This document shows, piece after piece, positions 47,946 to 59,252 of a DNA stretch of 64,000 bases (position 1 is the first letter of the stretch; the number at the start of each line of letters is the position of its first letter). The stretch is from NCBI GenBank assembly GCA_008632985.1, contig QPGO01000069.1, positions 62,001 through 126,000 on the forward strand, written 5' to 3'. A program made the position numbers and the translations under genes. Under the pieces are notes generated by a model. The model did not search any database. It was not told the origin of the DNA and saw only the letters and a program-made list of their open reading frames with translations. Source of the stretch: Psammoneis japonica. Lineage: Eukaryota.

Positions 47946-48542
47946 CCTGTTTAAGAACCTTTCTATGCGTTCAGAGTCGCGGCAACAACGTGTCTGGTCT
48001 CTGTTCTAAGCAGAATAATTTTTTGCATCACTGTGGTTCGACTTCTGTCAGTTCTCTCCATACTTCGTTCTCTCCATACTTATCAAAGGTAATACTCTAG
48101 ACATGATAGTTTCAAAACGTTCGGATTTCGCAGTGTTTCGTCGTTGGTGATGATTTACTCCTTCCTAGAAGCAGCTCTACTGGAGATCTGGCTTTTTTTG
48201 TAGCCAGGACTGGCTTCTAGAAGCTCTCTCGTCCTTTGTAGTGCTGGACTTTGCGTTTTGTCAGCACCCTCTCTAGAGCTAGCATGGTACTCCAGCCCTC
48301 TAGCTAGAGAGAATAGTAAGTAGTAAGTCCTCAACCTCCTTTAGCTCTCACAAAAATTGCATTGAACATAAACAAAAACCACGTGACGAAATCGTGACGT
48401 GGACACAAGGGTGTGTCGTCATCGGATCATCGGAACGTGTGTAGTATCTTTTACGTAGGATTCTACGCAACGGAATTTGCGAGAACCACCGAATTGTTTT
48501 TGCTCTCACATCATCATTTCTCACCCTCCGATCGTCGCAACG

Positions 48543-49880
48543 ATGAACACCAAGCAACCTGGATCCGTTCTCCTCGCCCCGTCGCCTGCGGGTGGCACAT
48601 ATGATCTCATGTACTACCTGAAGGGTGCTGCTGCTGGTGGAATTTGCTGCTCCATCACGCACGGCGCTCTTACCCCCGTTGATGTGGTCAAAACTCGTGT
48701 GCAATTGGACCCTGCAAAGGTGAGCCATCGACCGTAGAATCTGTACGAGTTTCTACGTATGCAATGATCAACGGATGAAAATGCGAGAGTGATCTTTGAA
48801 GGTCACATATGGAATCAGAAAACAGCGGCGCTCGCTGTGAATGATTCGTCGAAAACCAATGTCAATTTCACAGTATCGCCATGGATTTTTCTATGAGATT
48901 CATGGGTGTAAATATTTGCTTTTTCGCCATGGTTTGGCGAGTGGTCGGATGACCGGTCATCTTGTTCCATTCGTGGTCTCGGAAGTGTTTGCGTTTTTCG
49001 ATACTTTGTCGCGAAGTGCTATATTTTTAGTGTCGACCCGCTCACATTTTTTTCGTCACTTTTTTTCAAATTTTTCAATGAAACACAGTACAACCGCGGA
49101 CTGATTGGAGGATTCCGCCAGATCATTGCCGAAGAGGGTGCAATGGCCCTGACCACTGGATTGGGTGCCACTGCTGCCGGATATTTTGTTCAGGGATGGT
49201 TCAAGTTTGGTGGAGTCGAGTTCTTCAAGATCAAGACCGCCAACTACCTTGGAGAGGAAAAGGCTTGGGACAATAAGACCGCTATTTACCTCGGTGCCGC
49301 TGCCGGTGCTGAGTTTATTGCTGATATTTTCCTTTGTCCTTTGGAGGCCGTTCGTATCCGTTCGGTTTCGGATCCCGAATTTTGCGATGGTCTTGCTGAT
49401 GGATTCGTAAAGATGGCCAAGGCTGAGGGTATCGGTGGATTTTACGCTGGTTTCCTTCCCATTCTTGGAAAGCAGATTCCCTACACCATGGCTAAGTTTG
49501 CCGTCCAGGGATCCGTTGCCGATGCCACGTACGCTGCGCTTGGAAAGTCCCCGTCCGAGATGTCCAACGCTGGCAATCTTGGTGTCTCTCTTGGATCCGG
49601 TGTTGTTGCAGGAGTTGCCGCCGCCATTATCTCGCATCCTGCTGATACACTCCTTTCCAAGGTCAACAAGGCCGGTGCCGGTGGAGATGGCCCCATGATG
49701 TCGCGTCTTGCGAACATTGCCAAGGAGATTGGCTTTGTCAAGCTCTGTACGGTCGGCCTCGGTCCCCGTTGTGTTATGATTGGTACCCTCACTGCCGGAC
49801 AGTTTGGAATCTTTGACACGGTCATGAGCGCATTGGGTGCATCTAAATTCCACTTTACAAACCCCAACGCAGCACACTAA
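48543..49880 (+). CDS. Mitochondrial phosphate carrier (SLC25A3/Mir1 family); intron 48720-49088
   Basis: GGICCSITHGALTPVDVVKTRVQL, GYFVQGWFKFGGVEFFK, LCPLEAVRIR, KQIPYTMAKF and SHPADTLLSK. Confidence 0.95.
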
Positions 49881-50049
49881 ATAACCGGATTGCTCTGTAA
49901 ATGTATGTAGATACAATAAAGTAAACACACTTTGGTGACGTTTTACTGTATATTATGAGGTTGAGCGCTAAACATGGACTAGCCTAGAGACAGGAGAGAA
50001 AATGTTTGCGTCCCATTTTACGACCTACGGTAAGAGCAACACACTCGAT

Positions 50050-53000
50050 CTACCCAAGTTTCTGAATGGTGTCCAGAGGCTGGTGAGAGCAGGAGCTTCC
50101 CCACTGTGCACCGCGTGGAAGCTGGACCTTGACTCTGAGCCCATTGTTGCTCCGGTGATTGCTCCACTCCACTAAAGGAATGAATTGCACACCACGATTT
50201 TGGTGGCACAGGACCATGCCTGGCAAGAATTCTTCCAGTTCAACATGTCAACAAACAGATTGCAAGACCAAACTGTTCCAAGTTTTGCTGAAATGAAAGA
50301 GCAGCTGACAAGAACCCACAATTGTCACAATGCACAAACATCCTGAACAAGACTCATGACATGATTTTCCACATGATGTGCACTCTGCATCAGATTTGCC
50401 AAGACCAGCCCAGCTGACAAGGGCATTTTCCCACCCAGAGGAGCACTGGAGACAAAAGCAACAAGCACCACCTTTCCCCCCACTCAGCTTCAAGCATGTG
50501 GCTCATAGATGGGAAATGCAGGAAACTGTGAATGTGCTGCATGCCATGGCACCCCAAGTTCAGGTGTGCCTCCCAATGCAGTGAGCTGTGCCCAGCCCTC
50601 TTCACATGCCACAAATGACTCAAGACCAGCTCTTGCAAGATCAGGTGGCTGGAGAAAAAATGCAAAGACCATGATGATCACAACCTCGGCTCACCTCTGT
50701 GCAGTTGAAGGATTGGCTCAAGCTTCATCACAAGGAGCACTTGGCAGTGACTGGAGACTCAACGGACTGCCAAGAAACAAAGTTCCTGGAAAAACAAGCA
50801 GAGCAAACAGCAAAAGCAAAAAAACTTTGTGGCAGAGATTCAAATGAGCAATGGGAAGAATCAAAAGATCAAAACTGCTGGGCAAATGAGACCTCTGGCA
50901 AGCCACCCAGAAAAGTGCGCAGTTGTCTGTTGAAGCAGCAAGAGGGTGGGGCTGAAAAGATTTCTGACAAGGAGGCTGCAATGGACATGACAGCAAAGCA
51001 CTCCAAAAATGTCTGCATCAAACAACTGGTGCAGACTTCATGCAACAACCTCTGGCAAACAATGTCCAGTTTCTTGGTGTGGGTCCACCTTTGGAACAAG
51101 CAATGCTGGGTGGCACTCTTGTGCCCCGCCTTTGTCTGCCATGCAATGCACAAGGGAGCACTTTGCTCATCATCTGGCTTGCCCAGCCAATGCTCCTTCA
51201 TCTCCACCACTGCAGATTGTTGCCAAAGAGCATGTCCAGTCTTGGGGCTGGGTCAAAGAAAAAGATTGAAGATCTGTGTGGGACCATCTGTCTTCCACTC
51301 AGTGCACTTTCAGGCGGCAAACTTTGACAAGGCTCTCTCTCATGTGGGTGCCATCACAGCGAACTTTCCATGTGTTGCCAGACATTCTCCCAAGTGCTGG
51401 CAGCAGCAGGGCGGGGATTTTCTCATTCCAGACAAAGAAGCGCACAAACACACAGACTTGGTTTGGCTGATCCCATGTGCTTTGAAGTCAATGCCAATGA
51501 CAACAACAACAACAACAAGATTCTGGGGCAAAAATGACAAAACATGCAGAGGCTTGGCAGTCAGTTGCAGTGGACAGGAGAAGTGAGCAACAAGGGAGTT
51601 GCAAGGACACTCTGCAGAAGAGCAGGCACTGAACAAAATGCCCGCATTTGACCCAATTTGAGTGGAGCAGATTTCAGTGGTCATGATGCAGCACAGTTGA
51701 CCTGTGGCTTGGCTGCAATCTTGTTGTCCACTCTTGTGCATTGCCAAGAATGAGAAGCAAAGGAGCCTCAGAGCCACCTGTTGATTTTTCCACTTCCAAC
51801 AGATGCACCGCACATCAAAAACTGTCTGTGGCTGACCAAAGCAGTCCTTTGGGTCACTGCAGGGGGCCTCTTTGCAGTTGCCTGTCAACCAGACAACTTT
51901 GACCCACCACCAGATGACAAGCTGCCACAGGGCCTTTGACAACAAGGAAACAGCAATAAATCACAGACATGAAGCCCCTTGAAATGAAAGCATGCTGTGG
52001 AACATGGCACAGCACCCTGACCTCATCAGCAGGGGTGAGCTCCACCTTGTTGGTTTTGCCTTCTTCCTTGTCAACAATGGCAATCCTCCTTGCCAACCTG
52101 GGTGGGGACTGCCAATGATGCCCAGACAGGACAGAGCCCATTTGCAGGTGGGGTGCATGTTGTGGGTGGAGACACTGGGCTGGACAAATGCTGGTGGTGT
52201 CTCATTGAATTTGAGTGAGAAAAGGGATGTTGGTGGCATGTCAACAACAATGATGTTGACCCTGATGATGCAGGCCAAACACACACAAGTGTTGAACACA
52301 AGAGCAGCATCAGGAGCTTGTGGCTTGCACCTGATGGCAACTGCAGCAAAAAAGCAAAAGAGCTGTGCTGCCCAGCAGAAGGACACCGGGCTGGTCAGGC
52401 ACGATCATGTGGCAACTCTCTTGCAGCCTCTGATGCCTGCTGGCCAGCACTTGTGCAATGAGCATGGAAGACAATGGACAATCCTCTGGTCATGCTCACC
52501 CTGTCGGGGAGCAAGAACAATGCAAACAGGTCAAAGTGCCAGCCCCATTCTGGGAGCTGCCACAAGCTGGGCTGTGTGTGCTCTCCAAGAACCAACATGC
52601 CTGCAAGGCCTGGGCTTTGAGCCCATCTTGTTTGCCATGTTTTGCAAGCACATTGAAGTGCTTGTTGATCATGGCAAATGCAGCTCAGCAACTGTGGAGC
52701 TCTTCAAGACACTTCTCAAAAACCACAAGCTTGAAATTGGTGTGAGCAACCTTTTCAGTCAGCGGCATTCTTGTGACTGAGTTGTGGGCCACCCACACAT
52801 GAAAGTTCCTTTTGATGATGATTCCATTTGTGCCAGGGAGGGCACCCTGTCTCCACATCTGTCCAGGGAGAACAATGTCTTTCTCTCATTCTTTGCTGAA
52901 GATGGGTTTTGGGGTGCATGGCTGGAAGCTGGAAGCTCTCAGTTGATGTTCTTGTGCATTTCTTTGAGCCACTGCTCTAACAGACATCACATCAAGTGAA

Positions 53001-54555
53001 AGCAAAACAATTCTTGAAGACATCTGGAAGTTCAAGCAGAGTCCTGCCTTCTCATCACTTCATGTCTGACAAAAAACTCAAACCTGGTTTTAACTGCTCC
53101 TGGGCAGCCAACACAATCACTGCTTGGGAGTGCCAAGCATGGAGACTTGGCACAGGTGCACCCCTGCAGGCTTGACACAAGATGTTCTTGTGAACTCAGG
53201 TCACCATCCAGCCATGCACTCAAGTGTTTGACATCACAGAGTGTGACAATGTCTGCAGCCCTCCCTCCCATTGTTGTGCTCAACAGGATGAGGAGGAGGC
53301 CAAGGCACCTCAAAGAGACCCATCAAAAAGCTCGCTTCTTCAAGTCATTTTTTTGTTTGCACTTCATTGCTGCAGCTGCACTGGGGACCTGCTTGTGCTT
53401 CCTTGGAAACTGACAGTCAACATTGCAGCTGTGAAGCAGCCTGTGCCAGGGACTTGTCAGGTGGGGGTTTGGCTTGGACACAACTGATGGCATTGTGGCA
53501 TTGCTCCTCAGCAGCAAGTCAAGTTGAGGTGTCTGTGGGTTTCTCATTTTTTCCTTTTGGGTGCCAGTCTTTGACATTTCTCCATGGAGTTTTGTGACAA
53601 CACTTGTGTGTTGTTGCACTCACAACTGATGGTCTCACAATTTCAGCACTTTTTTTGCTTCGAAGTTTGACCATGCAGGCCAAAACCTGCCTGCCCCCAA
53701 AAAAGTCTGCAACACATGGGTGCGGGCAACAAACGTGCAGCCATTCCTGGCCATCATGTCTCTTCTTGCACAAGAAGTGTGGCACACATGTGTGGGCACT
53801 TGCTGTGCCAGCACAAATTGGAAGCTGGTGGAAATGACAAACAAAGCATGTGCAAAGTGAGCCTGTTCTTGGACTTGATCATGTGGCCCAGTTGCTGCAG
53901 TGCCAGTGGCCAGATGTTGTTCTGTGCCCACTGACCTGGAAAGAACTCATGGCTGCTTGCTGGTTGGGGGTCAGTTGATTTGACTTGGCTTGGTTGTGTG
54001 GATAACTCACTCATCAGCCACAATTGTTGAGAGCACAGCATGCCAGTGTGTGATGACCCTCATGATGCTCAACACAGACTTGGCACCAAAGTGGTGTGGG
54101 GAGACTTTTTCTCCTCTCACACCACAGGGCCAACCGCCACATGCTTTGAGTCTCGTGCACACCTTCTGCTTAGAAGGAGATTGACCTTCTCCCAGTGCTC
54201 TGCTTGCATGCAAAACTTGGGAATCCAACAAAAACAGACTTGGGTTTTCCAAGTTGGGCTCAGGAACAGGTGCAGATGAAGATGATTTGGGTCACAAAAA
54301 GGGCTGGATTTTGGGCCAAGGACTGGAGCATGGTTGAGCACAAATTTGCTTGGTGTTTGTCACCAGCTCATTGCTTGCAGACTTTTTGAGATGACAGTTG
54401 GCTGGCTCAGCCAAAGTTGCACACACCTGCTGCAAGGGTGCCAGTGGCCGGGCTTGAAAGGAGAAGGCATCTGAGTCAAGGAGAAATGACAGGCACTCCA
54501 AAGACTGTGGTTGAGGAGCTGGCCAGGAAGGAAAAATGGGGCTGGCAAATCAATT
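50050..54555. mobile_element. Decayed TE relic block, TpA/CpG-depleted (family not identifiable)
   Basis: About 4.5 kb with only a handful of TA dinucleotides, scarce CG and Tyr-free spurious ORFs in all frames. Confidence 0.65.
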
Positions 54556-54898
54556 GTTGGTTTATGCGTAATTTCTACACATAAATACCTGATATACATA
54601 TAGAGTACCAAAATACTACCAAATTACATAGTAACGGCCGTTAACGGTTTTTAGAATTACTTAGGGCCACCCACACTCGAGCAGTGGGAGTCCGGGAGTT
54701 CGGATACTGTACTCGCCTTGTTTGCTGTGAGCTGTGATGACCGAATTTGAGAATTCCAGAATGCTAAAGTGGACGAGCCGACGAGGCGGGTTGAACAATG
54801 GCCAAGAACGACCCACAGCTTGTCGTGTGGCCTTCTCGTCGGGCTACGTACCGGTAGTTGTTGTTGCTGGGAATAAGGCCCAAAGCAAAGTAGGAACC

Positions 54899-56679
54899 AT
54901 GGTATCACTAGAAGAAAGAGAATTGCTAGTTGCAGTGGCGTGCAACAGGGAGGAAGAAGTTGGCGTTCTTCTCGATCGTGGTGTCGACGTCGACGCGAAA
55001 GACGATAGAGGCGAAACGTCGCTGTTCAAAGCCAGCTGCAAAGGAAACGAGCCGATCGTTCTGATGCTGTTGACGCAAGGAGCGGACGTTGATCTTACCA
55101 CCGTCAGCGGCCGGACGCCTCTCATGATTGCGTCTCATTGTGGACACGCAAAGATTGTCCGTCTTTTGCTGAATGCTGGGGCTGACACGGATCTGGAGGA
55201 CAGCTGTGGAGATACGGCTATCAACGATGCCGATTCAATAGGCCGTCACGATATCGTCAAAATGTTGAAAGAGGCTCGAGAACAACGTCGTGTAGCTCCC
55301 CTGTTTTATGAAGATATCAATAAGATTGCGGAGCTCTTGGAAGAATCGTCCGACGATGATGAAGTAATAGCCATTGTGCCATTGTTGCGCAAAGCCTGTG
55401 AAGACATGTCCGACTTTCTTCAGCTCAAGTACTTCTTTACAGCCGTAAATTCGCAATATCGTCTCCGTACCATCGATTCGAAAGATCGAGAGTCCTTAAT
55501 CCGCGATTCTCTACAAAAGTCATGTGGGTGGTGCACATCAGCGGGTCATGTGGCGGTGTATGTAGTAGCCCTGCAATACGCTCTGTCTCAGGGTATTATC
55601 GTTTTTACTGACTACACTTTCTTGGAAACGAAAGCTCGTGAAAATAGTATAGCGGAGACAGACTACATACAGGCCATGCATGCCATGATCCAACAGAACA
55701 CCATGCGGATTGACCGTGTGGAACATCACTTGGTCTCCTTTCAAAAGGCAGTTGAGAATCTCGAACAGAATGTCAAGAATATCCATAGCGACGTGTGTCG
55801 CATGTCCGCTGCTATCGAGATAGTTGATGCCAACACACAGACTGTGGCCGGCGCATTAACGGATTTAATCGCCGGCATCCGGTTCAACAATCGAGTTAAG
55901 GCAGGATTCAGTATCGTTTCTGCTGCTTTGAATGCCGTGTCATGGGGAGTTGCCGGCAGTGCTCTTCAGGGCATCCTGGATCTGACTGTGGCTAACATCG
56001 CTGACTTCAGTGACCTGCAGCATCTCCTCAAAGTTGGGAAAATGTTGCCCAACAATACATTGGAAACGGTGGGGAGCGTTTCCGTCGAGGACATGCTAGA
56101 GACGGGAATTCAACTTGCCGAAGATCGCCTTGCCAATTACAATCTCGATGAAGCTTTGCTAGAGGGGAATTCCATTGTCATGATTGCAGCTTCGGCCAAG
56201 ATGTTTTCGAATGCTCTGAAATTGAGTGGACTTGGCGCACCGGAGACATCTGTAGCACAACTTCCGACTTTGCTGCAGAGACCATCGAACAGCCAACGGG
56301 ATCTCCAAGATTCGCGATTGAGCGTCCGAGGCATTCCGATGAGGGCATTCCACCTGAGAATACCGATGGTGCTCTCGAAATGAAACTAGCAAAGCTAGAG
56401 AATGAACTGAAGCGGTGCATTGAAAATGCACAGATGTTCCGGAAAAATGACTTTGATATCGACAATATCAAGGAAGAGATTCAACAGATCGATGGGGAGC
56501 TCGAGGAGCTCTACGAATTAAGCGAAAGAAAAATGTGTCTAGACAAAAAACTCAAGCGCCGAAGCAAAGCGGCAGAGTTGGCTCACGAGCTTGGCTACCC
56601 CGTTGCCCCTATCTTGAATGAGATCGAGCAGGTCAAGGGGAAGATCGCAGAGCTAGATAAAGAAATTGGGAGCATCTGA
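54899..56679 (+). CDS. Ankyrin-repeat protein with central coiled coil, hydrophobic helices and C-terminal coiled coil; apparent frameshift ~56290-56380
   Basis: ANK repeats (DDRGETSLFKA, VSGRTPLMIA, SCGDTAINDA) and a heptad region. ORF 56380-56679 appears to continue the protein in another frame. Confidence 0.75.
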
Positions 56680-56915
56680 GTTGCTTCGTTCTTGCGACGT
56701 CGGGTGTAGGATCGGACATGGCACAGTATTGTGAAAAATCAATAACAACAACGTCAGACAAGTCAAAGGATTCATACTACTATCCACTTTTGCATTCATG
56801 CCACTGGCAGAACACACGCTCTAATACAATGCTAAAGTAAAGGGCCGACGTGGCTCGTCTATTCTGACTGTAATCGGCCTTACCTCCCCGAACCATATGG
56901 TAAGGGTTGAGGCGG

Positions 56916-58886
56916 CTAGTCGATTCTGATTGTGGTCGACCTTACCTCCCCATCCTGCCGACTAACCTCCACACGGATGTCAGTGCCGAACGTAAACGAA
57001 ACTGCAAATTTATCGCCATACTTGCACGGGATCTCAATAGTTCCAATCTGTTTGCAATCAGACTCCGTAGTTCGTTTGGGATTGTAACTTTCAGACCGAT
57101 AGACGGGGAACCCCACTCTTTCTTGATCCTCGTAGGCCGGACTGAAGTCAATGGCATCGAACTTCTGAAAGGGGTCAACGGAAACGCCTTTTTTGACAAT
57201 GCTGGAGAAACAGTTCAGGACCGTCAACTCTCGCTTCCGCTTGTTCCACTCGGCCTCTTCTCTTGAAAACCTGCCCCCCTCTTTCCACCTGTTCGTCGTT
57301 CTGATTCCATATGTGTACTTTGTTTTTCGCTGTCCAATGACCGACGTGCTCAGGCCAAAGTAGGCCGCTCCAGTCACAACGGCAGCTTGAGGCCGCAACG
57401 ATCCCCCGCTGGCAAGGTCCACGATGGTCTTGTTGAACGGAGCACTTCCAAACTCACTCCTGACCCGATGTACCAGAACTTTGCTCGATCCGTAGCCCCC
57501 AACAATTGTCAAGTACTTGACTGCCTGGTTATTGTTCAGAAGATCCCTCACACATGTGCAGATCCCCTTGAGAGTTGGCTCGAAGAACTCCATCATCTGG
57601 TCTCGGGAAAAGAACAGGATGTTCCGGTCACGAATTTTCTTCTGGATACGGCTCGATGACAAGTCAAACGGGGCTCTAGTCTTATATTGAGCATTGTACT
57701 GTTCCACCAGCCTGAGAAGATCAGGTATCTCTAGGGCCTCTGCCGCACCATCGCTAAACAGAGCACCAATGCAAATCTCTGTCATAGCATTCTCGTTCAT
57801 TGGATCAAATTGGATCTTTGCCGTGCGAAATTCGTCCATGAGGTCAGACGCTTCGACGGAGTGGACGCTTTTGAGTATTTCAAACTTGTCCTTGCCGATA
57901 AGACGGCTCAGAAAAAGATTGAACTGTTCGTCAACGTAGATACCACCCCATTTCCCGCCAGTAGGAGGTGCAGCTTCATCCAATCTGAGAGGGTGCTCCG
58001 TTGCTACCTTGTGCATGGTGAAGTCTGCTGTCCCACCTCCTATATCCAGATTCAAGAACGTAGTGCCCTTACCGAAGAGGTTGTACTTCTTCGATTCTGT
58101 GTGGACTGCAATCGAAGCCGACTCCGGCTCCAGGGCCAGAAGCAGTTGAGCCGAGCTCTCATCTTTGATCATTCCGGCGTTGAATGCCGCCTTACGCATG
58201 AAAGCTTTCCCAAAGTCATTCCAAATGGCTGGAACGGTCAGAACCCAAAGAACTTGACTCGGTTTGATAAGCTTAGCTCCCAACCAACCGACCTTGATTT
58301 GTTCGAGGGCGTATCCGGAAAGATGTTGAAGCGTCTTGGTCATCAGATCTAGCAGACTGTGCGGCTCCTCCATGGTCGACTTGGCCATGATAGTTTTAGC
58401 GCCCTTGACCTTGTCTTTCAATTCCATCTTGTAGTTTCGAAAGAGCGCACAACCTTTGCTCTTCAGTGTGTCCGTGACAGACTCGTCTTCGCCAATTTCG
58501 CGATTGGTTTTTTCCACCAGTTCCTTGTACTTGTCCTCTGCGAACTTCCCGAACAACCAGCTATCATCAGGGCAACGAAGGAGAACAGTGGGGGTCTTTG
58601 TTTTGTCCATTGTATTCTCGGCCCCGGGGGCACCACATTTCACACTGCTCGGGTTATCGGGAGACACAATGGCCGTGCCCGAATAAGTGGTGCCAAGGTC
58701 GATGCCGACAACAACCTTGTATTTTGGGTCAATCTTCAACTTGCCTACATAGGTAGCGGTGAACTGATGCATAGGCCTCTCAGGCTCCATCACTGACATC
58801 GCGGAGAACTGTCCTTTCAACATAACTTTTCTGGGCTGGCTTATTCTTATATCATTGAGATCGAGATCTTGTAGTTTTTGTTGCAC
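56916..58886 (-). CDS. Atypical Hsp70 (HSPA12-like), intronless; start uncertain
   Basis: VVVGIDLGTTYSG, WVLTVPAIWNDFGKAFMRKAA, LALEPESAS, DIGGGTADFT, WGGIYVD, IVGGYGSS, AVVTGAA and KYTYGI. No EEVD or ER-retention tail. Confidence 0.88.
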   Translation of the reverse strand: MQQKLQDLDLNDIRISQPRKVMLKGQFSAMSVMEPERPMHQFTATYVGKLKIDPKYKVVVGIDLGTTYSGTAIVSPDNPSSVKCGAPGAENTMDKTKTPTVLLRCPDDSWLFGKFAEDKYKELVEKTNREIGEDESVTDTLKSKGCALFRNYKMELKDKVKGAKTIMAKSTMEEPHSLLDLMTKTLQHLSGYALEQIKVGWLGAKLIKPSQVLWVLTVPAIWNDFGKAFMRKAAFNAGMIKDESSAQLLLALEPESASIAVHTESKKYNLFGKGTTFLNLDIGGGTADFTMHKVATEHPLRLDEAAPPTGGKWGGIYVDEQFNLFLSRLIGKDKFEILKSVHSVEASDLMDEFRTAKIQFDPMNENAMTEICIGALFSDGAAEALEIPDLLRLVEQYNAQYKTRAPFDLSSSRIQKKIRDRNILFFSRDQMMEFFEPTLKGICTCVRDLLNNNQAVKYLTIVGGYGSSKVLVHRVRSEFGSAPFNKTIVDLASGGSLRPQAAVVTGAAYFGLSTSVIGQRKTKYTYGIRTTNRWKEGGRFSREEAEWNKRKRELTVLNCFSSIVKKGVSVDPFQKFDAIDFSPAYEDQERVGFPVYRSESYNPKRTTESDCKQIGTIEIPCKYGDKFAVSFTFGTDIRVEVSRQDGEVRSTTIRID

Positions 58887-59252
58887 GTATGAGGTCTTGG
58901 AACGACGAGAGGGCTTGGGTTGTTCTTTGTATGGTTTTATTATTTGCTATTGTGGGTTCGGATCAACGAGGAGAGCTTGGATATTGTTCTTTGCTTCGCT
59001 TCTGGGTTCGGATTCGACCATCAAACTCCGCTCATAAGTTTTGAAGATTCACGTCAGCATGAACTATCAACTAAAGTATATTTGTACGCAACACTGGTTA
59101 AAGAATCATTAAACAGTGTAGACCCATCAGTGTGACTTGTAACGTCATCGCACTTTAATCCGAACCAACTTTGAGAATCCGAGGAGATTTCCCAAGGATT
59201 TCCAGCACTTCACGGTTTTGGCAACTGTCACAAAGAGAGAGTCAATCACAGG

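Noticed and set aside
49056..49928. 290 aa minus-strand ORF
   Set aside because: It is the antisense shadow of the codon-biased phosphate carrier gene.
54631..54650. Overlapping palindromes AACGGCCGTT / CCGTTAACGG as a possible Helitron 3' hairpin
   Set aside because: There is no CTRR terminus at the expected distance and no matching 5' end was found.
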